Shown here piece by piece: positions 6,845 to 16,033 of a stretch of DNA of 64,000 bases. A program made the position numbers and the translations under genes. A model generated the notes under the pieces. It was not told the DNA's origin. It made no database searches and worked only from the letters and a program-made list of their open reading frames with translations. Position 1 is the first letter of the stretch; each line of letters starts with the position of its first letter. The stretch is from contig DFRJ01000002.1 in NCBI GenBank assembly GCA_002378195.1, forward strand, positions 22,911 to 86,910. Reading direction: 5' to 3'. The stretch is from Patescibacteria group bacterium UBA3466 (GTDB taxonomy: Bacteria; Patescibacteriota; Minisyncoccia; Phycocordibacterales; UBA918).

Positions 6845-8935
6845 ATGCCAGCCAAAAAACCTGCTAAAAAAGCCGCCAAGAAGAAGGGTGATTACGACGC
6901 TTCATCTATCTCCGTCCTCGAAGGTCTCGAGCCAGTACGAAAGCGACCGGGAATGTATATTGGTACCACTGGTCCCGATGGTCTCCATCACATGATCTGG
7001 GAGATTTTCGATAACTCTCGTGACGAAGCGATGGGTGGTTTTGCTAATCGGGTAGAAGTGACTTTGCTGCCAGATAACTACATCAGGGTGGTAGATAACG
7101 GGCGAGGAATTCCGGTTGATGTTCACAAGCAGACCAAAGTTTCAGCTCTTGAGACTATTATGACCACCCTGCACGCTGGAGGTAAGTTTGGTGGTGATGA
7201 GTCAGGCTACAAGGTGTCGGGCGGTCTCCATGGAGTAGGTGTATCGGTGGTGAACGCACTGTCTACCCACACTCGAGTAGACGTCCACAAAGATGGTTTT
7301 CAGTACATGCAGGAGTACAACATCGGAAAAGCTAAGGCTAAGGTAAAAAAGCTTGGCAAAACTAAACACAACGGTTCGATTGTAGTATTTCAGGCTGATC
7401 CAGATATTTTCCCCGAAATTAAATTCGACTGGAAGCGCATTGTGTCACATCTAAGACAACAAGCTTACTTGGTAAAAGGTATGCGCATGACGGTAATTGA
7501 TGCTAGAGAAAGTGAAGAAAAGCTCGACCCTAAATCAATCGAATCAAAAATCTATTTAGCTGACGAGCACTTGTCGGTGCCGCATGAGACTTTCTATTTT
7601 GAAGGTGGTCTAAAATCACTAGTATCTTTCAATAACCACTATCAAAAACCGATCAATAAAAATATTTTCTACGTGGAAAAACAGGACGTCAGCCCTGAAG
7701 TTTTGACAGTGGAGGTGGCACTACAGTATGTAGATGATATTTCTCCAAGAATTACTGCTTTTGCCAACAACATCTATAATCCAGAGCACGGTACTCACGT
7801 GACCGGCTTTAAAACGGCTCTCACGCGAACTCTCAATAACTACGCTAAGAAAGGAAACTTTTTCTCAGCTAAAGATAAAGATACTGCCTTTACGGGCGAT
7901 GATGTACTCGAGGGAATTACTGCTGTGATCTCGGTAAAAATGCCAGAAATTCAGTTTGAAGGACAGACTAAGGCTAAGCTCGGATCGGTAGAGGCACGAA
8001 GTGCCACCGAAGCCGTGTTTGGTGATGCGTTTAATACTTTCTTGGAGGAGAATCCAGATGATGCTAAAGCGATCATCAATAAGGTTATTATTGCAGTTAA
8101 GGCCCGTAAGGCAGCTAAGGCAGCAAAAGACAGTGTGCTTAGAAAGGGTGCCCTTGAGGGTATGTCTTTACCTGGTAAGTTGGCCGACTGCCAGAGCCGC
8201 AAGGCAGAAGATTCAGAGATTTTTATCGTAGAGGGGGACTCAGCTGGAGGCTCTGCTAAGATGGGACGAGACCGAAAGACTCAGGCGGTGCTGCCATTAC
8301 GTGGAAAAATCCTAAACGTGGAGCGAGCGCGAATCGATAAGATGCTCGCGTCTGAACAAATCAAGAACTTGGTGATTGCGCTCGGGACCGCCATTGGCGA
8401 TGTGTTTGACGTGTCTAAGTTGCGCTACCACAAAATTATCATTGCGACTGACGCCGACGTCGACGGGGCACACATTCGGACCTTGCTGCTCACACTGTTT
8501 TTCCGTTACTTTCGAGCGTTGATTGATGAGGGTTACGTATACATTGCACAACCGCCACTATATAAAATCCAAAAAGGAAAAGATGTTCGCTACGCCTTTA
8601 CCGACGAGGAAAAGTTCGACATCTTAAAAGATATGGGTGAAGAGGTTAAAGAGGAGGTTGAAGAAAACGAAGACGGTGAGGAGACAGAAGAAGTAGAAGA
8701 TGAAGTTAAGAAGACTAGTCGAGTACGTATTCAACGATACAAGGGTCTAGGTGAAATGAATGCCGAAGAGTTGGCCGAAACTACCATGAATAAGGAGAAT
8801 CGTATCTTGAAACAAGTAACTGTCGAAGATGCGCAGAATGCCGATAAGGTATTTGATATCTTGATGGGAACTGATGTGACTAGTCGAAAGTCGTTCATCC
8901 AATCAAACGCAAAGATGGCCAATCTAGACATCTAA
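6845..8935 (+). CDS. gyrB: DNA gyrase subunit B (type IIA topoisomerase ATPase/Toprim subunit), 696 aa with Lys-rich N-terminus
   Basis: GHKL ATPase motifs (LHHMIWEIFDNSRDEAMGG, GLHGVGVSVVNALS), QTKAKLGS, Toprim EGDSAGGSAK, and PLRGKILNVERA. GyrB vs ParE cannot be resolved from sequence alone. Confidence 0.85.
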   Translation: MPAKKPAKKAAKKKGDYDASSISVLEGLEPVRKRPGMYIGTTGPDGLHHMIWEIFDNSRDEAMGGFANRVEVTLLPDNYIRVVDNGRGIPVDVHKQTKVSALETIMTTLHAGGKFGGDESGYKVSGGLHGVGVSVVNALSTHTRVDVHKDGFQYMQEYNIGKAKAKVKKLGKTKHNGSIVVFQADPDIFPEIKFDWKRIVSHLRQQAYLVKGMRMTVIDARESEEKLDPKSIESKIYLADEHLSVPHETFYFEGGLKSLVSFNNHYQKPINKNIFYVEKQDVSPEVLTVEVALQYVDDISPRITAFANNIYNPEHGTHVTGFKTALTRTLNNYAKKGNFFSAKDKDTAFTGDDVLEGITAVISVKMPEIQFEGQTKAKLGSVEARSATEAVFGDAFNTFLEENPDDAKAIINKVIIAVKARKAAKAAKDSVLRKGALEGMSLPGKLADCQSRKAEDSEIFIVEGDSAGGSAKMGRDRKTQAVLPLRGKILNVERARIDKMLASEQIKNLVIALGTAIGDVFDVSKLRYHKIIIATDADVDGAHIRTLLLTLFFRYFRALIDEGYVYIAQPPLYKIQKGKDVRYAFTDEEKFDILKDMGEEVKEEVEENEDGEETEEVEDEVKKTSRVRIQRYKGLGEMNAEELAETTMNKENRILKQVTVEDAQNADKVFDILMGTDVTSRKSFIQSNAKMANLDI

Positions 8936-8943
8936 GATAAATG

Positions 8944-8980
8944 AAAAGCCGGCTGCCTTTGGCAGCCGGCTTTTCATTTA
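8944..8980. terminator. Bidirectional intrinsic terminator (AAAAGCCGGCTGCC-ttt-GGCAGCCGGCTTTT)
   Basis: Perfect GC-rich hairpin flanked by A-runs and T-runs, lying between the convergent gyrB (+) and 8994..10016 (-). Confidence 0.8.
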
Positions 8981-8993
8981 TTTGAATCAAACG

Positions 8994-10016
8994 TTAGTTG
9001 GAAAACAGAACTGTTTCAACAAAGCCATCATTTAGGCTATTTTCATCGGTGTTTTCGTAGGTCATTACTTGGAAGGCGTGTGATCCGGTGTTGGGGGTAG
9101 GGAATCCAACTGTAATCACGGCGCGCTCGCTTGGGCCTAGTGGGTCTTGTCCTCCTGATCGGTAGGTTTCTCCAGAAGGGAGCGTTACAGCGTAAGTCCA
9201 GACATTAGAAGTTTTGAGTCCCAAGTTCTTAACTGCAAACTGAATTGCGCCACTATCTCGTCTTTCAATTTGTCCGGGTACAAACACGTTTGAAATGATG
9301 TTTCCGCTAGCTATAAATTGAGTTGCAAGATCGGTTCGCTTTACCGCATCAATGATTGGAGTCTGGTATTCCGGTTCCTCAACCGATACTGCTGGAGTAG
9401 ATGGCTCTGGGTCAACTGCCACTTCTGGTTCTGGTGTGTCTTCAGTTTGTTCAGATTCTGGCTCAGTCTCCTCATCGTCGTGACTAATAGTACTGTTTAC
9501 TACAGTGTAAGATGAACCGCCTCGTCCATAAGTATGATTATTTTCAGTACCGATCAGTTCGATGTCGTAGTAGATGTTTTCGTAACGATTCTTTTCTGAA
9601 GAGGTTTCCAGGGTTAGATTGGTAGTATTTCCAATATCATAACTAGTGTCGCATGATACTCCGCGGGCGTTACCATTGTTATCAATGATGTTTAGAGAAA
9701 CACCATCAGCACAGTCGTAAGAGAACATGTAGCTACCATCCACGTTGCTAGCATCCCAAGATAGGGAAGTGAATTCTCCAGCTGTAATGATGCTCTTGCT
9801 GCTAGCAATAATAATCTCCTCAGCCTCCATTTCTTCAGTTGGGACAGCTCGCTGGTTGATGCTCTCTGCTAGAGAAGCTAATGAGGAAAAAGCTCCGGGA
9901 ACGAAGCTTACTAGCTGTACAGATAGCCAAGCGATAGCGAAAATCATACTAATAAAAGCTATCACCGCGACTGGCTTAGAGAAGGTGTTGTCCTTCTTGT
10001 TTGATTCGTTACTCAT
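8994..10016 (-). CDS. Membrane-anchored surface protein carrying one Cys-bounded Ig-like repeat of the same family as the six repeats in 11071..13683, plus an acidic Pro/Glu linker
   Basis: N-terminal TM anchor (VAVIAFISMIFAIAWLSV). FTSLSWDASNVDGS...CDTSYD matches the TLSW/TLTW/TLNW repeat signature of the downstream giant protein. Acidic ETEPESEQTEDTPEPE linker. Confidence 0.6.
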   Translation of the reverse strand: MSNESNKKDNTFSKPVAVIAFISMIFAIAWLSVQLVSFVPGAFSSLASLAESINQRAVPTEEMEAEEIIIASSKSIITAGEFTSLSWDASNVDGSYMFSYDCADGVSLNIIDNNGNARGVSCDTSYDIGNTTNLTLETSSEKNRYENIYYDIELIGTENNHTYGRGGSSYTVVNSTISHDDEETEPESEQTEDTPEPEVAVDPEPSTPAVSVEEPEYQTPIIDAVKRTDLATQFIASGNIISNVFVPGQIERRDSGAIQFAVKNLGLKTSNVWTYAVTLPSGETYRSGGQDPLGPSERAVITVGFPTPNTGSHAFQVMTYENTDENSLNDGFVETVLFSN

Positions 10017-10156
10017 AGTTCTTAGAAACTACCACGATTGATGTCTTTTGTCAATATACAATCGGCGGTATTTTGCGTAGTCTTCCTGCATAGAAAAGTC
10101 ATAACATTGACATTATTATTAATCATGTTATTGTATGTGGCGTTTAATTAGTAAAC

Positions 10157-10897
10157 ATGAATAGCTTCGAAAAAATTTGGCAGCAGAAGTATACGTTTCT
10201 CGGAACGTTTTTTATCGTGTTTACTATCTCTTATTTGTTTTTGGTGGCGATTGATTTTCTTCCAGAGGAACCTCAGGCTATTACTGAGGTAGAAGAGGAG
10301 GTGGTCGAGATGGCTGAACCAGAGGAAGTGCCAGAAATGGTAGAGGATGAGGTGATTGAGCCTGATCCAGAGCCTGAAGTGGTTGAGGCAGTGGCTCCAG
10401 TAGCTGTTTCAGCACCTGTTTATACTGCACCAGAGCCAGTGGCGACTATTGATCAATCTGCTTTACCGCTAAAAATTACAATTGAGCGATTAGGTAAGAC
10501 GGTTCAGGTACTTAACCCGAATTCGCGATTAGTGAATGATTTAGATGCTGCTCTCCTTGATGGAGTGGTACGTCACCCAGATTCAGCCAATATGTTACAA
10601 GATGGAAATGTCTTTATTCTTGGCCACTCCAGCCACTTGCCGCGTGTTTTCAATAAAAATTTCCAAGCTTTTAATGGTATCGAGAGCTTGCAGTGGGGAG
10701 ATATTATTAGGGTTTATACCTCAAACGCTGTTTACGATTATCGCGTAGAAAAGGTTTATGAAGCTAAGGCCACCGAGCTGGTGGTGCCAATTGCTGGTAC
10801 TGGAAAGATGCTGACTTTGGCTACTTGCAACAACTTTGGCAGTATCGAAGATCGATTTATCGTGGAGTCAAAGCAGGTGAATGTGACACCTTTTTAA
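10157..10897 (+). CDS. Sortase-family transpeptidase (N-terminal TM anchor, acidic linker, catalytic His...TLxTC Cys)
   Basis: NVFILGHSS (His motif, cf. SrtA IAGHT) and LTLATCN (TLxTC catalytic Cys, cf. LTLITCD), plus a downstream R in the beta7-beta8 region. N-terminal TM segment FFIVFTISYLFLVAIDFL. Confidence 0.75.
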   Translation: MNSFEKIWQQKYTFLGTFFIVFTISYLFLVAIDFLPEEPQAITEVEEEVVEMAEPEEVPEMVEDEVIEPDPEPEVVEAVAPVAVSAPVYTAPEPVATIDQSALPLKITIERLGKTVQVLNPNSRLVNDLDAALLDGVVRHPDSANMLQDGNVFILGHSSHLPRVFNKNFQAFNGIESLQWGDIIRVYTSNAVYDYRVEKVYEAKATELVVPIAGTGKMLTLATCNNFGSIEDRFIVESKQVNVTPF

Positions 10898-11070
10898 GGG
10901 GTGGCTATTGACAAATTAGTATTTATACGATACAATATAAAAATAAGTAGGACTTTGTAGCAGGTCCACGTTCTCTATTAAAATATCGTTATTTCGTAGG
11001 CTTGATTACTCTTGCGTATAAAGGTGTAGGTGAGAGTATAAATCTTATGAATAATACTAAGTTAACAATT

Positions 11071-13683
11071 ATGAAAAAGACATTTAACACAATCGCTCAC
11101 ACGATGGTGATGTTGTCATTGATGCTTTCTGGTTTTGCTACCCCGATTACGGCAACAGCTCAAACTAGTTCAGAAGGAGGATCTCTTTCTACCGGAGGTT
11201 TGACTACCGGAGGATCAGTTTCTATTTCTTGTAGCATTTCAGCCAGTAGCGAAAATATCACTAGTGGCGGCGATGTTGAAATTACCTGGAATACTAGCGG
11301 TGCAGATAACGTCACTATTAATGGTGAGGTCGTTGGTGAGTCTGGTTCTAAGATGTATCTAAACATCACAGAAAATACCTCGTTTAATCTGGTGGCCACA
11401 GTTGATGGTGTGACTTGTGATAAGACGGTTACTGTTTACTGTGAAGCGCCCGAGTCTCCGGTAGGCGACTGTACCCTTACACCAGCTACCCAAACTATCA
11501 CTCGAGGTGAGAGCGCAACTCTAACCTGGACTTCAAACGGTGGTAGCGGAGTGGTATTCGACAATGGTCTTGGAAACCGAACTTCTGATGGTTCGCTTGA
11601 CGTTAACCCAACTGTCACCACCACCTACACCCTAACCGTTGATGAAGGTCTGGTAGTGTCTCCACACGTACCGAAAACTTGTTCAGCTGAGGTTGTAGTG
11701 GTTGATACTGTTGCACCGACTTGTGATTCATTCGTAGCTAGTCCAGATGTGATTAATACTGGAGCAACCACAACTCTAAGTTGGGAGACTACAAATGCCT
11801 CTCAAGTAACTATTAGTGGCGTAGGAACTTTTACTGATGTAGACAGTTCAACCGAGGTGGCACCTTTAGCGTCAACTGTATATACCATGACAGTGTTTGC
11901 AGCTGATGGCCAAACAGACAGCTGTACTACTCCGGTGGTTGTGTCAGAAACTCCGGTTCCAACTTGTGTATTTAATGCTTCACCAAACTCACTGGGTATT
12001 GGTGGGGGAGATGTCACTCTAAACTGGAGTGTAGAGAATGCCTCTGTAGTTGAAATCACCCCATCTGTTGGTGTGGTGTCACAACTAACAGGTTCGCAAG
12101 TGGTTAACGTGTCAGCGTCAACAGATTTCTCTTTGACTGCTACTAATGACGAAGGTGTTCAGGTAAGTTGTCCGGCGCCAGTCACTGTAGCTACTACAGA
12201 CGTACTAACTTGTTCAGATATCACTTTCACTGCTAGTGATTACTCAGTAGATCGAGGCGATAATGTAACTCTAAACTGGGATGCTAGTGCTGCTGATTCA
12301 GTATTTATTAGTGAGATTGACGCAACTGTATTAGTTGGTTCTGAAGCGGTAGAAATTACTGAAGACACTGATTTCGTGTTGACTGCAACTAAAGACGGTA
12401 ATCCGATCAGCTGTCCTATCACTGTCGAAGTCGAAACCGGCGGAGGTGGCGGCGGAGGAGGTTCTGCTTCACCACGTTGTGAACTAGATATTTCAGACTC
12501 ACGAATTTCTCTAGGTGAAGAAATCACTCTAAGTTGGGAAACTTCACGAGCTCGTGACATTACAATTATTGATGACGAAGGTGATGTGTTGTTTACAACC
12601 GACGACATGCTATCTGACGATAAGGAAGACTACCTAGATGGTGAAATTACTATCATTCCAACTCGAGATACTGAATTTACTCTAATTGCTGAACGTGGTT
12701 CACGAGACCGAGAATGTACAGTTGATGTTGAGGTTTCTGGTTCAGTGACTGTACTACAAACCCGAGATCAGCAACCACTAGTAGCTGGTATCTCACTTAG
12801 CCAAACTCCTTACACTGGTTTCGAAGCTGGTCCGTTTATGACAATGATGTTCTACCTACTACTAGTGGCGTGGGCATTGGCTCTAACTTACTTACTGGTC
12901 ATCCGAAACAAGACCGAGGTGGTATTAGAAGGAGGTCAGGTGAATATTACTGAAACTAATACTGATGCCATGACTAAGGCTAAGGAAGTGCGACCTGACG
13001 TGTTTGTGGAGTCAGTAACGCCACAAGTGTCTGGATCAGTAATGCCAACTAATCTACCAACTGGCGCACCAGTAATCGGTACTAATCCGCACGTAGCTGA
13101 TGATGCAACGGTGACTGATATTGAAAACCGTGCCCACGAACAGAATGCGTTATTGTCTAGTGACGCAATCCGACACTTTATTGGTACCACTGAAGGAGGT
13201 CTAGAACGGGTAGCGGCATTAGATGAAGTCATTGCTGCTGCAAAGTCTGAATACGCATTAGAAGATGGTTGGATTGTAATTAATGAGTCTCGAATGAAAG
13301 ATCTTTGTATTGTCTGTCAAAACAATGCAGCAAAGGCAGAAGAAGATCAGGAAGAATTCGTGCTAGCAACAGTTCCGCAAGGTTCTGGATCACTAGCGGA
13401 AGCAATTGTGACCGGGAACGTGGTGGCTGCTTATGACATGATCGGAAACCGACCAATGTTTGCTCTAGCTGATGCTGCAGCTGACCTTGATGCGGTATAC
13501 CGTAGCCGAAAGGGCGATCAGGTAGAGGTCTCAAGTCTTCTTCAAGAAGAAACTAAGAATCTATCAGGTGATCAGATCAAGAATATGATCGCAGCTCTGA
13601 CTGGAGCTATCGATGGTACTTACACCGACGAAGCTTCAGCGGTTAAGATGGCTATCATGAAGGCCGTAAAGGAATTAGGATAA
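11071..13683 (+). CDS. Large cell-surface protein: signal peptide, 6 Cys-bounded Ig-like repeats (~85-90 aa each), Gly8 linker, sorting-signal-like motif + TM + basic stop-transfer, then a ~270-aa cytoplasmic C-terminal domain
   Basis: Start chosen at the internal ATG (MKKTFNT...) giving a classic signal peptide; the ORF-track start at 11002 is upstream. Each repeat starts and ends with Cys and carries a T(L/V)(T/S/N)W.(T/S/V)..(N/S)A signature. GGGGGGGG lies at nt ~12436-12460. LSQTPYTG-FEAGPFMTMMFYLLLVAWALALTYLLV-IRNK sits at aa ~590-630 and the ORF continues for another 270 aa. Confidence 0.7.
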   Translation: MKKTFNTIAHTMVMLSLMLSGFATPITATAQTSSEGGSLSTGGLTTGGSVSISCSISASSENITSGGDVEITWNTSGADNVTINGEVVGESGSKMYLNITENTSFNLVATVDGVTCDKTVTVYCEAPESPVGDCTLTPATQTITRGESATLTWTSNGGSGVVFDNGLGNRTSDGSLDVNPTVTTTYTLTVDEGLVVSPHVPKTCSAEVVVVDTVAPTCDSFVASPDVINTGATTTLSWETTNASQVTISGVGTFTDVDSSTEVAPLASTVYTMTVFAADGQTDSCTTPVVVSETPVPTCVFNASPNSLGIGGGDVTLNWSVENASVVEITPSVGVVSQLTGSQVVNVSASTDFSLTATNDEGVQVSCPAPVTVATTDVLTCSDITFTASDYSVDRGDNVTLNWDASAADSVFISEIDATVLVGSEAVEITEDTDFVLTATKDGNPISCPITVEVETGGGGGGGGSASPRCELDISDSRISLGEEITLSWETSRARDITIIDDEGDVLFTTDDMLSDDKEDYLDGEITIIPTRDTEFTLIAERGSRDRECTVDVEVSGSVTVLQTRDQQPLVAGISLSQTPYTGFEAGPFMTMMFYLLLVAWALALTYLLVIRNKTEVVLEGGQVNITETNTDAMTKAKEVRPDVFVESVTPQVSGSVMPTNLPTGAPVIGTNPHVADDATVTDIENRAHEQNALLSSDAIRHFIGTTEGGLERVAALDEVIAAAKSEYALEDGWIVINESRMKDLCIVCQNNAAKAEEDQEEFVLATVPQGSGSLAEAIVTGNVVAAYDMIGNRPMFALADAAADLDAVYRSRKGDQVEVSSLLQEETKNLSGDQIKNMIAALTGAIDGTYTDEASAVKMAIMKAVKELG

Positions 13684-13698
13684 TTTCTTACGTATAAG

Positions 13699-13730
13699 AA
13701 AAGGCCGACCCCTTCGGGGTCGGCCTTTTC
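13699..13730. terminator. Bidirectional intrinsic terminator (AAAAGGCCGACCCC-ttcg-GGGGTCGGCCTTTTC)
   Basis: Perfect hairpin with a TTCG loop, flanked by A-runs and T-runs, between the surface-protein gene (+) and thrS (-). Confidence 0.85.
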
Positions 13731-13751
13731 TAATGAACATCATCCAATCTA

Positions 13752-15497
13752 TTATATGTTCTGCTCTTCATTTAGTTTCACAATCAGCTCGTCAAGCGAG
13801 AGTGATTGTGATTCTTCCTGGTCTCTCGACTCAAGAGTAACCTGATTAGCTTCTATGTCTTGGTCGCCAATCACGATGAAGTAGGGAAGCTTGTCCTTTT
13901 TCGCTTGTCTGATCTTCTTACCCATTGATTCTTTGGAGTCGTCAAAGGTGATTCTAAAACCAGCCTCTTCAAGTCTGGTGACTACATTTTGTGCGTACTC
14001 ATTGTGAGCTTCTGCTACAGGAATCACTGCTAGTTGCACGGGCGCGATCAAGAGTGGGAAGTTACCAGCTAGGTGTTCGATTAGTACTGCCGTGAATCTT
14101 TCTAGTGATCCAGCAATGGCTGCATGAATCATCACGATGCGTTCTTTTTCTCCGCTTTCGTTAACACAGGTCAAATCAAACCTTTCGGGCAGGTTACGAT
14201 CGGCCTGAATGGTGGCTACTTGATGTTTGCGTCCAATTGAATCGTGGGCGATGAAGTCTAGTTTGGGAGCATAGAAGGCAGCTTCACCTTCTTCAATGTA
14301 GTATTCGCAGTCACGACTTTCGGCAATTTCTTTCAGGAGGTTTTGCGCGTCATTCCATTCTTCATCAGTACCGATATAGCCGTTAGTATTTTGAGAATCT
14401 CTAAACGAAAGTCGAACCTTTAGATCAAAACCAAAGGTGCCATAGAAAGTGTCGATAATATCCCAGATTGATTCGATCTCCTCACGTAGTTGGGATTCTC
14501 TACAAAATACATGCGCATCGTCCTGAGTGATTGATAACACTCTAGTCAGACCAGCCAGTTCTCCTGATTGCTCAGCCCGATATACCATAGTGGTTTCGGC
14601 AAATCGTTTCGGCATCTCCTTATATGAACGGGGAACTGAATCGAAGATTTGCGTGTGACACGGACAATTCATCGGCTTCAGCACGTACTCCTCGCCGTCG
14701 CTATCTTCTTTAGCGCGTACCTTGAACAAGTCTTCACTGTACTTTTGCCAGTGGCCAGAGGTCTCATACAAAGCTTTCTTGGCAATGTGAGGAATTGTCA
14801 CCATTTCGTAGCCACGTTCTTTTCGTAGTCTTTGGACAAATTTGTCGATCTCTTGTCGTAACACAGTTCCTTTGGGAGACCATAAGGGTAACCCTGGCCC
14901 GACTAAATCAGAAAAGGAGAATAGGCCGAGCTCTTTTCCAAGCTTACGGTGGTCGCGTTTTTTAGCCTCTTCCATTTGAGTTTCGTAGGCTTCCAGCTCT
15001 TCTTTGGTGTCAAAGGCGATACCGTAGATGCGGGTAAGCATAGGATTTTTCTCGTCACCGCGCCAATAAGCACCGGCGATTTTATCGAGCTTGAAAGCAT
15101 CCATGGCAATATCCTGACTCGGATTTTCAGCGTGACCACCGCGACATAGGTCGGTGAAACCACCGCAGGTATATAGTGTGATGGATTCACCTTTCTCAGC
15201 GATTTCATTTATGAGTTCCAGTTTGTATGGATTGTTTTGATACATTTCTCTCGCCTCGTCAGCTGAGACTTCTTTGTGTTCCCATTCTGTCCATTTGTTG
15301 ACCATCTTCTTCATGGCCTTTTGAATAGCTTTCAGGTCAGCATCACCTGGCGCCTCACCATCACCAAAATCAAAGTCATAGTAAAAACCGTTGTCGATCG
15401 GGGGGCCGAGGGTGACTTTGGCTTCTGGGTATTTTTCTAACACTGCTGCCGCCAAGAGGTGGGCGAGAGTGTGTCGTTTCTTTTCTGATTGTTCCAT
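13752..15497 (-). CDS. thrS: Threonine--tRNA ligase, short form lacking the N-terminal TGS domain (581 aa)
   Basis: Second-additional-domain HxxxH-like start (RHTLAHLLAAAV). Class II motifs FRDSQ..., a zinc site (CPCH...) and a C-terminal anticodon-binding domain. Confidence 0.9.
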   Translation of the reverse strand: MEQSEKKRHTLAHLLAAAVLEKYPEAKVTLGPPIDNGFYYDFDFGDGEAPGDADLKAIQKAMKKMVNKWTEWEHKEVSADEAREMYQNNPYKLELINEIAEKGESITLYTCGGFTDLCRGGHAENPSQDIAMDAFKLDKIAGAYWRGDEKNPMLTRIYGIAFDTKEELEAYETQMEEAKKRDHRKLGKELGLFSFSDLVGPGLPLWSPKGTVLRQEIDKFVQRLRKERGYEMVTIPHIAKKALYETSGHWQKYSEDLFKVRAKEDSDGEEYVLKPMNCPCHTQIFDSVPRSYKEMPKRFAETTMVYRAEQSGELAGLTRVLSITQDDAHVFCRESQLREEIESIWDIIDTFYGTFGFDLKVRLSFRDSQNTNGYIGTDEEWNDAQNLLKEIAESRDCEYYIEEGEAAFYAPKLDFIAHDSIGRKHQVATIQADRNLPERFDLTCVNESGEKERIVMIHAAIAGSLERFTAVLIEHLAGNFPLLIAPVQLAVIPVAEAHNEYAQNVVTRLEEAGFRITFDDSKESMGKKIRQAKKDKLPYFIVIGDQDIEANQVTLESRDQEESQSLSLDELIVKLNEEQNI

Positions 15498-15604
15498 ATA
15501 TTTTCTTTTGAGTGGTCATTTATTGTGTCGGGCGCACGTCATTGTAGTGAGGATCGATAATGCGAATGTTTCTCTACACAGACACCACGGCACTCGGATA
15601 CAGT

Positions 15605-15748
15605 GTTTATTAATTCTAGACTTTTGACAGACATTGCGCAGTTCAATTTGCTTGGTTCGTACTTATTTGTACGAAAATTGAACGAGCATAGCGCCGAGTC
15701 CGCAGGAGACGAGGACGCGTGTCTGGAGAATGTCTAGAATTAATAAAC
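15605..15748 (-). promoter_or_regulatory. thrS 5' leader containing a 17-bp perfect inverted repeat (GTTTATTAATTCTAGAC ... GTCTAGAATTAATAAAC) enclosing nested 9-bp and 7-bp hairpins
   Basis: Arms at 15605-15621 and 15732-15748. Inside are GTTCAATTT/AAATTGAAC and TTCGTAC/GTACGAA stems. Located 110-250 nt upstream of the thrS ATG on the transcribed strand. Confidence 0.35.
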
Positions 15749-15773
15749 TAAATGATTAACTGATAAATAAAAA

Positions 15774-15816
15774 CGTCCGAGTAAAAATACGACAAAGTCA
15801 TATTTTTACTCGGACG
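15774..15816 (-). terminator. 16-bp perfect hairpin (CGTCCGAGTAAAAATA/TATTTTTACTCGGACG) followed on the minus strand by TTTTTATTTATC; intrinsic terminator
   Basis: Seen directly in the sequence. Together with the 15981-16010 hairpin it brackets a ~170-nt segment with no ORF. Confidence 0.45.
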
Positions 15817-15980
15817 ATCCAAATACTATTGGACGCGGTTCCACCGAGTTTCTAAGTCAGTATGCCAACTTAGCACTTCATTGTTACAGATTAGGGAAGT
15901 AAACTTCCGACTTGGCCCAGCGGTTGGTAGCCACTGCAATCTCTGTACTAACAATCTTATGACCGAAGATAGTTTCTGTC

Positions 15981-16010
15981 AAACGAAAACCGGTCCACAG
16001 GGTGGACCGG
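15981..16010 (-). terminator. Intrinsic terminator for the 16034..16573 gene (CCGGTCCAC-cct-GTGGACCGG + TTTTCGTTT on minus)
   Basis: Perfect 9-bp stem. A T-run follows on the minus strand, 24 nt downstream of the stop. Confidence 0.65.
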
Positions 16011-16033
16011 CGACGATTGCTGACAAGTTCAGA

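Noticed and set aside
11002-11070. Upstream start (MITLAYKGVGESINLMNNTKLTIM...) for the large surface protein
   Set aside because: The internal ATG at 11071 yields a canonical signal peptide (MKKTFNTIAHTMVMLSLMLSGFATPITATA); the extension would bury it.
12436-12460. GGCGGAGGTGGCGGCGGAGGAGGT tract as a frameshift-prone homopolymer or pseudogene break
   Set aside because: It encodes an in-frame Gly8 linker between repeat 5 and repeat 6 of the surface protein; the frame is continuous on both sides.
15840-15990. tRNA-like sequence (ggcccagcggttggtagcc...)
   Set aside because: No cloverleaf could be assembled (no T-arm GTTC-type loop, no matching acceptor 3' strand).
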